The position numbers were made by a program, and so were the translations under genes. The notes under the pieces were generated by a model, which did no database searches, was not told where the DNA came from, and worked only from the letters and a program-made list of their open reading frames with translations. Below are positions 1-9,504 of a stretch of 64,000 bases of DNA, in pieces. The first letter of the stretch is position 1. Each line of letters starts with the position of its first letter. The DNA lies in assembly GCA_965242965.1 (NCBI GenBank), contig OZ251518.1, positions 1,024,001-1,088,000 on the forward strand, written 5' to 3'. This DNA is from Candidatus Poribacteria bacterium. GTDB taxonomy: Bacteria > Poribacteria > WGA-4E > WGA-3G.

Positions 1-808
1 GCGCAAGCAAAAGATGGAACAGAACGCTGAAATGGAGGCATCTATCGCCGATGCGACACACGCGACCCCGCGCTTTAAGGGGATGAATGCCGAACGGCTT
101 GCGGCGGAATTGGAGGCACTTGCGGCGCAACCGGTGCTATCCGCTGAACTCCAAGCCGAACTCGCTGAACTTTTTGCGCGTTTGGCGAAAAGTTTACCAA
201 ACACGCCGCTGGCAGAGATGCAAGGCAAAGGCGTATCAGCGGAGACTTTGCGCGACATTGCCGAAATCCTCCGAGAGGCGAAGGCATTCACGCAGCTGGC
301 GCGATTAGAGGCGCAACTAACGGCAAGCCGAAAGGAGCTCGCGCTGGCGAGTATTGACACCGCAACCCCTTCCGGCGGTGTGGCGAATAGCGATGGCGCG
401 CCGGGACAAGAATCGGGTGATGCCGAAGTGCAAGGCACGCTTGAAACGGCGGCAGAGACATCGCCTGCGCGTGAGGAAGGGGTGTCTAAAGATCGAGAGA
501 ACGCGGGGGACAGGCCCCCGCGCTACGGTGACGATGCGTCGCTTCTGACAGGTGACGATGCGTCATCGTTGCAAGTGAATGGGGAGCCGTTGGTGCTCAC
601 AACGGAGCCTTCGGCGGAGTCGCAACGCTTCTCCAGAGTCTTCACCGGTGAAGAGGTGCTAACAGGAGATAGCGACTATCCGCTTTTCAGCGATGTGGTG
701 CTAAATGCCAAGCGGGAGTATGCGCGAGCGATTGAGAATAACCGAATTCCGATGCGGTATCAAGCGCAGATTCTGGCATATTTGGAAGCGATTGCGAATG
801 AGAAATAA
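1..808 (+). CDS. C-terminal part of a hypothetical coiled-coil protein (start lies upstream of the window), with an in-frame REP insertion
   Basis: ORF is open from the window start and Ala/Glu-rich. Its stop overlaps the next gene's start. A REP-derived peptide (AGDRPPRYG) is encoded at 502-529. Confidence 0.7.
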   Translation, partial: RKQKMEQNAEMEASIADATHATPRFKGMNAERLAAELEALAAQPVLSAELQAELAELFARLAKSLPNTPLAEMQGKGVSAETLRDIAEILREAKAFTQLARLEAQLTASRKELALASIDTATPSGGVANSDGAPGQESGDAEVQGTLETAAETSPAREEGVSKDRENAGDRPPRYGDDASLLTGDDASSLQVNGEPLVLTTEPSAESQRFSRVFTGEEVLTGDSDYPLFSDVVLNAKREYARAIENNRIPMRYQAQILAYLEAIANEK

Positions 809-1472
809 CCTGATTAAAATCGTTATGACTGCCGGCATCTTTGCCTTGCTCTATTTTCTTTTGAAACATTACGGCGTGACAGATGCCATTCGCCTAGAAA
901 ACGTGCCGAAGATTAAAACTTGGGTGGCGGGTTTTGGCGCGATAGCACCGCTGGTTTACATTGGACTTTATCTCGTATCTACCGTCTTTTTTCTCCCTGG
1001 CACGCCGGTTACCGTGCTCGCAGGAATTGCCTTCGGACCGGCGTGGGGTGTCTTTTACGCCTCGGTGGCTTCGATTATTTCTGTCTCCTGTGCGTTCCTG
1101 ATTGCCCGTTACGCGGCACGAGAACTTGTCGAGAGTTGGGTGGTAAACAATCCGCAGTTCCGCAAAATTGATGCGCAGGTTGCGCGGCAAGGCTGGCGTG
1201 TTTTGATGTTCACGCGTCTCGTGCCGCTTTTCCCGTTTAACCTGCAAAACTACGCCTACGGCTTGACGAGCATCCGCTTTTCGACTTACCTGCTTGTCTC
1301 GGCGATTTTTATGTTGCCGGGGACGACGGTGCTGGTGCAACTCGGCGGTGCGTTTGTCAGCGGTGAGGGAGAACTGGGAAAGACGATGGTTTATCTCGGC
1401 ATCGCGGGATGTCTGTTTTTGTTGCTGTCCTTGGTTCCGAAGTTTTTGCGGAAATGGCAGCGGGATTTGTGA
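798..1472 (+). CDS. TVP38/TMEM64 (VTT/DedA, SNARE-associated) family membrane protein
   Basis: Motifs FFLPGTPVTVLAGIAFG and RLVPLFPFNLQNYAYGLT with multiple TM segments. ATG at 798 overlaps the upstream ORF end. Confidence 0.9.
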   Translation: MRNNLIKIVMTAGIFALLYFLLKHYGVTDAIRLENVPKIKTWVAGFGAIAPLVYIGLYLVSTVFFLPGTPVTVLAGIAFGPAWGVFYASVASIISVSCAFLIARYAARELVESWVVNNPQFRKIDAQVARQGWRVLMFTRLVPLFPFNLQNYAYGLTSIRFSTYLLVSAIFMLPGTTVLVQLGGAFVSGEGELGKTMVYLGIAGCLFLLLSLVPKFLRKWQRDL

Positions 1473-1498
1473 GGGTTTTTTTATGCCGTTTTTTATAC

Positions 1499-1660
1499 CG
1501 TAGCGCGGGGGCCTGTCCCCCGCGATCGTGCTTGGCGAGCGACAGGCCCGCGCCCTACGATGATAAAAAAGACCTCTTACACCGTAGCGCGGGGGCCTGT
1601 CCCCCGCGATCTCTACGCGCGCGATAACCCCAGCGAGGGACAGGCCCTCGCCCTACGATA
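1499..1660. repeat. REP cluster (GTAG-hairpin family A)
   Basis: Alternating GTAGCGCGGGGGCCTGTCCCCCGCG and inverted GAGGGACAGGCCCTCGCCCTAC-type units. Confidence 0.9.
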
Positions 1661-1743
1661 GGAAATAAAACCACAAAAAAATCCTTGACAAAAACGCCAA
1701 AATAAATTAACATTAAAAACATCCTGCGACATGTGATTTTAAT

Positions 1744-1772
1744 TTGACATTCCGCAGAAAATGTGGTATACT
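1744..1772 (+). promoter_or_regulatory. sigma70-type promoter
   Basis: TTGACA(1744-1749)-17 bp-TATACT(1767-1772) with an extended -10 TG. Confidence 0.75.
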
Positions 1773-2071
1773 ATTAATGTATCTGGTGCAAAAATCTGTC
1801 AACTCGACCTGGTTGAGGATAGAAATATGAAAATTCTAACGTGTTCTCCCGACAATTCCATAACCGCGGCACCGCCGCCGCGCCGATCACACGCGCCGCA
1901 TCCGTGCGGGGGGAGTCTTGCATCGAGACTGGAAGGTCTCTCCTACGGGGACACACCGGGACCGCGATGGCGCGCCGACGATGCTGATGCACCAGAGATA
2001 AGGATTACCCCCCCCCCCCTACACATACATTAACTGTTCCACAGTTCTCTGCAAGCGCAGACAAACCGAAC

Positions 2072-2188
2072 ACCCTCTTGGACACCGCTCCCGCAAAAGA
2101 GCCCCCAAGGGGCTATTTGTGTTGCACTGCATACCCTCTTGGACATCGCTCTCGCAAAAGAGCCTCCAAAGGGCTATTCGCGTTGCAC
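2072..2188 (+). repeat. Tandem 61-bp-period hairpin duplication in the 5' leader of the adhesin-like gene
   Basis: Two copies of ACCCTCTTGGACAyCGCTCyCGCAAAAGAGCCyCCAArGGGCTATT..GTTGCAC at 2072 and 2133. Confidence 0.8.
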
Positions 2189-2269
2189 CAAAATGACGAT
2201 GACAGCGCGATTGCAAACCGCGCCGCCAGGGGCTGCGTCAGTCCCTGAAGTCAAAAGGAGAAATGTTTC

Positions 2270-5200
2270 ATGAAATTATTATTACGCCTCGGCAGACCGC
2301 CCTGCCTCGCGATTCACGTGTTAGTGCTGCTCGCGTGCTTTGCCTGCTGGGTGCCAAGCGCGGCAGCCCAGAACAGCCCGCCGGACCACCACGGTCGAAA
2401 TCAGACAGTGTCCGAAAATGTTAATACTGTCACTGAGTTGGAGTTTGCTGTACGGGATGTTGATGCACAAGACACAGCTAGAAGTTATGTCCTCGTCATT
2501 GGGAACAATGACGATGCTGAGGTCTTTAATATTGTTGACGCAAATACTGCCCTTGCAGAGTTGCAAGTAGCCTCCCAATTCAGGTTAGATTTTGAGAAGC
2601 CCGTAGACAAGCAGGTACCGGGAGCTACAGGTGAAGATGCCGGTGTCGCAAAAAATAACGTATACGTCTTTACCCTCACGGCGACGAGCGGCGCGGGTGC
2701 TCGGGCAATGTCCAGCTCAGCGACGTGGACGGTTACAGTCACCAATGTGGTTGAGCCACCGGGGCGTCCCAAAAGTCTGGAGGTGTTGAGGCCATGGGAT
2801 AAACCGAATCTACTGATTGTAAAATGGAAGGAAGGTGATCCTCCGGAAATCAACTACGTCATTAGCACCCCTCCCGACACAATGCACTACGTTGTTCAGT
2901 ATCGTGAAGCGGGGAGCAGCGGCTGGCCCGGCGAGAATGTCATCTACCCCACCGACAGGAAAGAGAAGAGTGCCACGATTACCGGGTTGAGCGCGGGGTC
3001 CAACTACGATGTTCGGGTGCGTGCGATAAACGACGAGGGCGAAAGTCAGTGGGGAATAAAGACGGACGCGATGACTGCAAACAACGCCGCTCCCACCTTC
3101 ACAACAGGTCCGACGACGTTTACCGTCAACGAAAACACTCCGATAACTACACCGGTGACGACTCTTGAGGCTACCGATGAGGATGAGCCCCCTACCGATG
3201 CGTATGAGCCCGATGCTGTCACTTACACCCTCGGCGACACCGCCGATAACGAGGCGTTTAAGATTGATGCAGATGCAGATACTGGTACTGGCATCCTGTA
3301 TTTCAAGAACGTGCCGGACTTTGAGAATCCAGCAGATCAGGCTGTTGAAAATATGATAGACCCGGCACGAAACAGGCCCGCGGGAGACAACGTGTATATC
3401 GTGGCTGTCACGGCGACGAGTGGTGAGGGTGAGCGGCTGTTGGAAGAAACGCAGTGGCTGACCATCACCGTCGCCGATGTGAAGGAACCGCTAGTTGAGC
3501 GGTTTACGTTGGTGCCGCCGCCTTCGGGGATATGGACACCGGGGAGTGAGATCCGCTTCGAGGTCACGTTTGACGATGATGGGGTTGACATTCCGGCGAA
3601 CTTGTCCCGGGAAAATCGTCCGTTTCTCACGTTCTATTTAGGCGAGAGGACGGCGGCGAATAGTCGGCGCGCCTATTGGCAAGAACGGCGCGATGGGAAT
3701 TCCACTATCGTCACTTTTGCTTACGAAGTGCAGGCGGCCGATTTCGCGACGGCTATCACGGTGGACGAAGAACTGGGCATCACGGTGCCGCCGGGCGTGC
3801 AGATTCGGAATGGTGCGGGTGCTGCTGCGGCGACAACACCGGTTCCTGACGCGGAGGATCCGAGGGCATCGGCGGGGCAGTCGCGGCTTGATTTCCCGAT
3901 GTCGCAGCCCGCGCGTCAGACAGGCGGGGGTGCGCAGCCGGCACCGTCGCCGGTGCTGACGCAAGATATCTTCGTCGGTGTGCCGCTACTTATTCCGGAG
4001 ACGGTTGACGAGAAGTTCGCCGCCTCATCGGTGCCGCGCACACCGCTTATCTTCAACGAATTCGGCAATGGCACAGATGCTATCAACGACTGGTTGGAAC
4101 TCCGCAACGTCACTGGTGCCGCGGTCTCTCTGAAAGACTGGGAGCTCAGTGTCGTGCAGAATGGCGAGAAGAAAGATGTCTTGCTCATCGTGTTTTCAGA
4201 TGTGAGTGTGCCGGCAAATGGCTTGCTGTTGATAACCCACAGCGCACCGGCAGATACCCGGCTCGCCGCTGGAGATGACATTGCTAGCGATGGGAAGAAC
4301 GGCGGGTTAGCGCATCTGACTCTTGTCAATTCGGGGCTCGCGTTGCCGGATGATGGGAAGTTCCTGTTGATTCTCCGGAACGCGAAGGAGAAACTCGGTA
4401 AGAATGAGGCGTTCGTCGATGTCGCCGGGGGCGGCGGCAGCGGCACTGATGCATTCATCCGCGATCGGACAGGGAACTATGATACGCATGTCTGGCCCTT
4501 GCAAGTGCTTGACGCACCCGGTGCTGACACTGAAGATGCTCTCGGTTCAGGCAAAGTCTGGCAGCGCGCGAAGGCGGACATTGTGGGTTACCACAAGGAT
4601 GCATGGATGGAAGCGGCGTTCACGGGTTTAGGGTATGACAGGCAGGTCTCCAAGTCGGCGGCGACAGCGGGCACGCCGGGGTATCCAAACGGCGCAGCGA
4701 AAGAGACAGCCGCTACACCGAAAGGGAGTGTCACTATCAGCGAAATCATGTTCGATTCGGGTGGTGGCACGCTGCCGCAATGGGTAGAGTTGTATAATCG
4801 TTCCAAAACCGAAGTATTGAATCTCAACCGTTGGAAATTGGAGATTCAGAACGTCGATTCGGAAGACCTCATCGGCCGCCCGATTGTGACGTTAACGCTA
4901 GGGGAGAAACTGCTTCAGCCGAATCAGACGGTGCTCATCGTGGCAGGGAATGCGCGTGCTTCATCAAGTTCGTATTTGCCAACTGACCGGATTTACAATC
5001 TGTTTGAGTTGCATCAGAAGAATCTGCGCGTGAAAACGCCTCGCGATACATTCCTGAGTGCCGAAGGGCTCTATCTGAAACTCACCGACAGAGAAGACGA
5101 GTTGGTAGACGAGGTAGGGAACACGGATGGAGATCGGCGTTCCGACGATGCGCCGGCGTGGGCATTGCCGCTGAGTTATGTTGAAGGTTCGCGGAGTTCG

Positions 5201-5713
5201 ATGGTGCGGCGTTATGATAACGGCGTTGCGTTGGATGGGAAGAAGCGCGCCAGTTGGGTCCTCGCCTCGCGCATCCGGGCCATTGATGGCGAACTCTACT
5301 ATGGACATGCGGAAGACTTAGGCACGCCGGGCTGGCGCGCCGGCGGCGCGTTGCCGGTGGAGTTATCTCGTTTCTCTGTGGCACGTAACGATGCAGGTGC
5401 TGTTGTCTTGGCATGGGCCACCGAATCGGAAGTCGATAACGCGGGTTTCAATCTGCGCCGCAGTGAACGCCGCGATGGCCGTTTCACGCTCATCAATTCT
5501 GCCTTAATCGCCGGTGCCGGCACGACAGGTGAACGTCAAACTTACACGTTTACTGATACGTCAGCGAAGCCGGGGGTTGAGTATTATTATCAGTTGGAGG
5601 AGGTTTCGTTTGCGGGTAAGCCGCAGCTGTTATCAATGCGTTTGTTGCGCGGGCCCGTCTCCGCGGCGAATCGGCAGTTGCGGACGTTTGGGGAAGTGAA
5701 ACGACGGGAGTAA
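2270..5713 (+). CDS. Secreted multidomain surface protein: cadherin-like, fibronectin type III, cadherin-like, two lamin-tail domains, C-terminal Ig-like/sorting region
   Basis: RBS AAGGAG and a signal peptide. Cadherin motifs LDFEKP/PDFENP and ATDED; FN3 motif YDVRVRAIN; LTD motifs IFNEF..DWLELRN and ISEIMF..QWVELYN; C-terminal LPVELSRF..WATESEVDNAGFN and LRTFGEVK. Confidence 0.85.
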   Translation: MKLLLRLGRPPCLAIHVLVLLACFACWVPSAAAQNSPPDHHGRNQTVSENVNTVTELEFAVRDVDAQDTARSYVLVIGNNDDAEVFNIVDANTALAELQVASQFRLDFEKPVDKQVPGATGEDAGVAKNNVYVFTLTATSGAGARAMSSSATWTVTVTNVVEPPGRPKSLEVLRPWDKPNLLIVKWKEGDPPEINYVISTPPDTMHYVVQYREAGSSGWPGENVIYPTDRKEKSATITGLSAGSNYDVRVRAINDEGESQWGIKTDAMTANNAAPTFTTGPTTFTVNENTPITTPVTTLEATDEDEPPTDAYEPDAVTYTLGDTADNEAFKIDADADTGTGILYFKNVPDFENPADQAVENMIDPARNRPAGDNVYIVAVTATSGEGERLLEETQWLTITVADVKEPLVERFTLVPPPSGIWTPGSEIRFEVTFDDDGVDIPANLSRENRPFLTFYLGERTAANSRRAYWQERRDGNSTIVTFAYEVQAADFATAITVDEELGITVPPGVQIRNGAGAAAATTPVPDAEDPRASAGQSRLDFPMSQPARQTGGGAQPAPSPVLTQDIFVGVPLLIPETVDEKFAASSVPRTPLIFNEFGNGTDAINDWLELRNVTGAAVSLKDWELSVVQNGEKKDVLLIVFSDVSVPANGLLLITHSAPADTRLAAGDDIASDGKNGGLAHLTLVNSGLALPDDGKFLLILRNAKEKLGKNEAFVDVAGGGGSGTDAFIRDRTGNYDTHVWPLQVLDAPGADTEDALGSGKVWQRAKADIVGYHKDAWMEAAFTGLGYDRQVSKSAATAGTPGYPNGAAKETAATPKGSVTISEIMFDSGGGTLPQWVELYNRSKTEVLNLNRWKLEIQNVDSEDLIGRPIVTLTLGEKLLQPNQTVLIVAGNARASSSSYLPTDRIYNLFELHQKNLRVKTPRDTFLSAEGLYLKLTDREDELVDEVGNTDGDRRSDDAPAWALPLSYVEGSRSSMVRRYDNGVALDGKKRASWVLASRIRAIDGELYYGHAEDLGTPGWRAGGALPVELSRFSVARNDAGAVVLAWATESEVDNAGFNLRRSERRDGRFTLINSALIAGAGTTGERQTYTFTDTSAKPGVEYYYQLEEVSFAGKPQLLSMRLLRGPVSAANRQLRTFGEVKRRE

Positions 5714-5781
5714 TCTCGCGGTGTTTTGTGTTGTGCGCGGGTGGTGGCCTATGGGTTGCCGCCCGCGTTTTTCTTCTGTCT

Positions 5782-5960
5782 GAATCAGGATTTACGGGAT
5801 TATAGGATTTTCAGGATGAGGGGCGGCGTTTTTTATCGTAGCGCGGGGGCCTGTCCCCCGCGATCTTCTGGTAGACCGGAGCATGGCGAGGGACAGGCCC
5901 TCGCCCTACGGTGAGAGGGGCCGTTCTGTATGGCGAGGGACAGGCCCTCGCCCTACGGGC
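5782..5960. repeat. 9-bp GGATTT-type repeat plus REP family A cluster
   Basis: CAGGATTTACGGGATTATAGGATTTTCAGGA followed by A-type hairpins between convergent genes. Confidence 0.85.
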
Positions 5961-5980
5961 CGGGGGGATGGCTGGTGCTA

Positions 5981-8900
5981 TCAAAACGTTTCGGTGAAGA
6001 TTGGGGAGAGGTAGGTTGGATTGTCCCGGTCCAGGCCTGGGAAAAGGATATGCTGTTTCGCAAAAGCCGCTTCGTCCATGTCCCATTTTTTGCGGAGAAC
6101 GACGAAACGAGTCCTCGAAATGATGAAGGCATCTAGCTGCACATGCTCGCCGCGGAAGCGGTTGTAGGACAAATCACGCAGGCGTTTGAAAAGGTTCACT
6201 TTATCGTTGCGCGCGTTAATCGCCTCATGCACCATGCCGTGCGGTTCAATGAAGACGATGCGTTGTTTCATCCCCTCGGTTATCCAGAGGATGAAATCGG
6301 GGTAGAAGCCTTCGTTGTGATAGAAACCGATGCCTTTGCCGCGGCTCTGGTTTCGGAGGAGAAATATCTCCTTTTCGGCGAGGTGTTTTTCTCGGTGCAA
6401 GCGGACGTAAAGGTGCAGATCAGCGACGAAGCGTTGCTCACTTTCCTCCAAAGCCGGCGGCGAAGTTTTCGCTTCGCCTACCGTGAGTAGCGGTTGATAG
6501 AGATGCCTGTCGTTGTAAACGTTGGGCAGGGCTGCCAATTTTAAATCGGGCCCGTAAATCTCTTCGGCTTCTATGAGTTTGCGGATGAGGGGTTCAAGTT
6601 CGGCTGCCTTCGCGCGGGGAATATAGACAGTCCAATCGGTGAAATTGGCATCGTTTTCGTCTAATCGTCCTGGTCGGACGCGATTTTCGCTCCACCGTTT
6701 CCGAACGTTGCCGTAGAATTTGGCGATATACTTGCGCAGAAGCGTCAGCACCAATGCCTCTAATCGCTCGAGGTCTGCCACGGTTTCCGGTTTAACTTCG
6801 GATTTGTGCATGACGGTAAGGCCATACAAGTCTCTTCCCGGCTCCAGAATCTGCTTGAGGACTTCGGTATCAAACACGAGGTTATGAAACCGCTTTTCCT
6901 GTTTGTATTCAAGCAACTGGAGATGAATCTTCTCCCAGTCTATCCATTTTAAACTGGCTTCTGGGATTTTGCGTTCCAAAGCCGCTCTCGCTTCGTCGGT
7001 TTGAATGCCCGCCTCGGTGCTGCTCCCGATGATATCAACTTGCTGCGTGCTGTGGGTGATATAGGCGTTGATATCGGGTTGAAGACGAACGCATTCGCCT
7101 TCGGCAGATGTGTCGTATGCCTTGACAACCGGCACGAAGAGGCGGCGTTCAAGGAAGTCCTTGTGGTGCCGAATCGGCACGACTAATTGGACAGGCTCTT
7201 CGACGGGAACGCCTTCGCGGGTGAGATACTCGCGGAATTGCGCCATGAAATTGGCGCGCACGGCGAAGATGTTGAGGGTTTCAAGGAGCGAGAGGTTCGG
7301 CGGGTGTTCGCCGTCGAGGGAGGCACTGCGCTTGAGAGACATGTCTTTGCCGCGGAGGCGCACGCCGCGTCCGAACAGTTGGATGATTTGCGAACCTTCC
7401 TGTCTGCCAATGTTGAGCAATCCCATTGCGCTGACGCGCCAGCTGTCCCATCCTTCAATGAATTTCTTCGCGCCGATGAGGATATTGATGGGGCTGTTGG
7501 GCTGGTTGATGTCGCTGAAGAAGCCTTCTGCCATGACATCTTCGGGTTCGGTGACGATGCCGCTGTTATCGGCGGCTACCAGTTTTTTGAAGGCGGGGGT
7601 GTCGCCGATGTAGATGAGCCCGAAGGAGTCGGTGCCGTTCGTCGCTTTTAAGGCGATTTCTCCCTGCGCGCTGCGGACATCATACAGATGCAACGCGCCG
7701 CTCGTGCTGGTGTGGAAAATCTCGCTGAGGATGCCGTTGTAAATTGCATCCGCCGTTTCGCCTTTATCGTTGAGATAGGCGAAGCGGTTGGTGAAGACAT
7801 CGGTGCCCTCTTCATCGGCTAATCCGGAATTGCCGTTCAGAATTTCGGCGATGGTGCGGATTGCCCACCCGTTTTCGTTTGCTAATACCCGATGGAGAAA
7901 ACGGATGACGTTAAGCACATCGGAACCTTTTTCACCCTTTTTCCCAAGCATAACGTTGACCTTACTGCCGACGAATGCCCACAAAGGGAGCTCTAATCCG
8001 TAGGCGCGCACCGCGTCGGTGTTTTCTCTGAAATACTTGCGCTGTTCGTAAAAGCTGAGCAGATTGCCCATAAGCAAGGTGCCGGTTTGGGTTTCCTCAT
8101 CGTGTTTGACGTTGAGGATGCGGAAGTTTTTGCCGTAGCCGTCGCCGTAAAAATAACGGTAGGAGTAGTCAAAGACGATTGCCTTGCCGTATTCCTCGAC
8201 GAGTTCGGCGTTTTTGGCGGCGGCGAGTGCCTGTCCAAAGGTTGCGCTGTATTCAAAGGTGAAACCGGTTTGCGCCAGGTCTTCGCGATAACTGCGCCAG
8301 ACGTTGCCGCCGCTGCCTTTGTGTCCTTCATCAACGAAGATGAGGTTGTTTCCCTCAAATGCTTCGACAGGGACGCTGACTCCGCCGCCGCTTTTCTCCT
8401 CAACAAGTTTGGTAATTTCGATGACCTGGACGGCGTTTGGGCGGCGTGAAAGTTTGTTGCCCTCCACGTTAAAGCGTTCGCAGGGGATATCGGAGGCGGC
8501 GAGTTCGCGGAGGTGCTGCTCGCTCAACCCTTCGTTCGGCGTGATGAGGACGATGTGCTCTAACGGCGCATCGCAATAATGCAAATACTGCCGATAGTTG
8601 AGGTGCATGATGAGCGTCTTGCCTGCCCCGGTAGCCATCCAAAAGGCGAGTTTCTCGATGTCTTCCGGTGTGAACGGGACATCTTGGGCATCGCCGGGGG
8701 CTCTCGCTGCATTGCGTTTTTCGACAAAGGCGTTGAGTTCGGCGAGGAGTTGGCGCGGGTGGTTAAATTTCCTGTCCAAGAAAATCTCGGTATAAAGCAC
8801 GGCGAGTGACTGGAAATAGCGGAGGCTGATGGGCGCGGTGCGCGTCCGGTTGATTGCGGCGAGGTGCTTCTGGATATTCGCATCGTAAGTCGGCAGCATG

Positions 8901-9094
8901 GCGTGTATCGCCGAGTCGGGTTCGGTGCGAGAGAGGAGGTGTGCGCAGACGGGTGAGAGTCCGTCTGCGCTGTATCCTTCGTCTACGCGTTGTGCGTCGG
9001 CGAGCAGTTCGCGGGTGTTTTGGTATCCGAACTGGTCGTTGAGCCATGCGTGGAGCGTGAGGTGCTCTTGGAGTTGCGGGTGTTTTTTGGGCAT
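5981..9094 (-). CDS. res: Type III restriction enzyme Res subunit (SF2 helicase + C-terminal PD-(D/E)xK nuclease)
   Basis: Walker A MATGAGKT, VDEGH, YSAT and QLFGRGVR motifs, then C-terminal FYPDF..FIEPHG. Lies downstream of a Mod gene. Confidence 0.9.
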   Translation of the reverse strand: MPKKHPQLQEHLTLHAWLNDQFGYQNTRELLADAQRVDEGYSADGLSPVCAHLLSRTEPDSAIHAMLPTYDANIQKHLAAINRTRTAPISLRYFQSLAVLYTEIFLDRKFNHPRQLLAELNAFVEKRNAARAPGDAQDVPFTPEDIEKLAFWMATGAGKTLIMHLNYRQYLHYCDAPLEHIVLITPNEGLSEQHLRELAASDIPCERFNVEGNKLSRRPNAVQVIEITKLVEEKSGGGVSVPVEAFEGNNLIFVDEGHKGSGGNVWRSYREDLAQTGFTFEYSATFGQALAAAKNAELVEEYGKAIVFDYSYRYFYGDGYGKNFRILNVKHDEETQTGTLLMGNLLSFYEQRKYFRENTDAVRAYGLELPLWAFVGSKVNVMLGKKGEKGSDVLNVIRFLHRVLANENGWAIRTIAEILNGNSGLADEEGTDVFTNRFAYLNDKGETADAIYNGILSEIFHTSTSGALHLYDVRSAQGEIALKATNGTDSFGLIYIGDTPAFKKLVAADNSGIVTEPEDVMAEGFFSDINQPNSPINILIGAKKFIEGWDSWRVSAMGLLNIGRQEGSQIIQLFGRGVRLRGKDMSLKRSASLDGEHPPNLSLLETLNIFAVRANFMAQFREYLTREGVPVEEPVQLVVPIRHHKDFLERRLFVPVVKAYDTSAEGECVRLQPDINAYITHSTQQVDIIGSSTEAGIQTDEARAALERKIPEASLKWIDWEKIHLQLLEYKQEKRFHNLVFDTEVLKQILEPGRDLYGLTVMHKSEVKPETVADLERLEALVLTLLRKYIAKFYGNVRKRWSENRVRPGRLDENDANFTDWTVYIPRAKAAELEPLIRKLIEAEEIYGPDLKLAALPNVYNDRHLYQPLLTVGEAKTSPPALEESEQRFVADLHLYVRLHREKHLAEKEIFLLRNQSRGKGIGFYHNEGFYPDFILWITEGMKQRIVFIEPHGMVHEAINARNDKVNLFKRLRDLSYNRFRGEHVQLDAFIISRTRFVVLRKKWDMDEAAFAKQHILFPGLDRDNPTYLSPIFTETF

Positions 9095-9144
9095 ACTGGG
9101 TATTCCTTTTGCAAATTGTCTGACGGAAGTGGGAACTTGAACGT

Positions 9145-9173
9145 ATTTTAACACGCTTCTGGAAATTTGTCAA
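9145..9173 (-). promoter_or_regulatory. sigma70-type promoter for res
   Basis: Minus strand TTGACA-17 bp-TAAAAT. Confidence 0.6.
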
Positions 9174-9200
9174 GAAATTTGAATAGCGGTTAATTGTCCA

Positions 9201-9504
9201 CATTAAGGACCTAAAGGACCTTGAGAAAGTTTGAAAATACGTTTTTCTATAGACATTTAGGTCCTAACGGACCTAGGGAGATGGAATGCATGCGGAGGAC
9301 AGGCCCCCGCGCTACGGGAAAAAACGCCACCCCTTCACGTAGGGCGAGGGCCTGTCCCTCGCCATGCAACGATCGCGGGGGACAGGCCCCCGCGCTACGG
9401 TGAAGGGGGCGTGTTGCGCGATGTATGCAGGGGATAGGCCCCCACGCTACGGTGCGCGAGAGGTGTTGCGCGCGATGGCATCGAGACCAGGAGGTCTCTC
9501 CTAC
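9201..9504. repeat. Mosaic REP cluster between mod and res (CTATAGACAT-hairpin, A and B families)
   Basis: CTATAGACATTTAGGTCCTAACGGACCT, several A units and GAGACCAGGAGGTCTCTCCTAC. The last unit supplies the mod stop codon. Confidence 0.9.

Noticed and set aside
2050-2235. c-di-GMP-I or other named riboswitch
   Set aside because: GCAAA loops are suggestive, but I could not match a full known consensus by eye. Kept only as an unassigned structured-RNA candidate.
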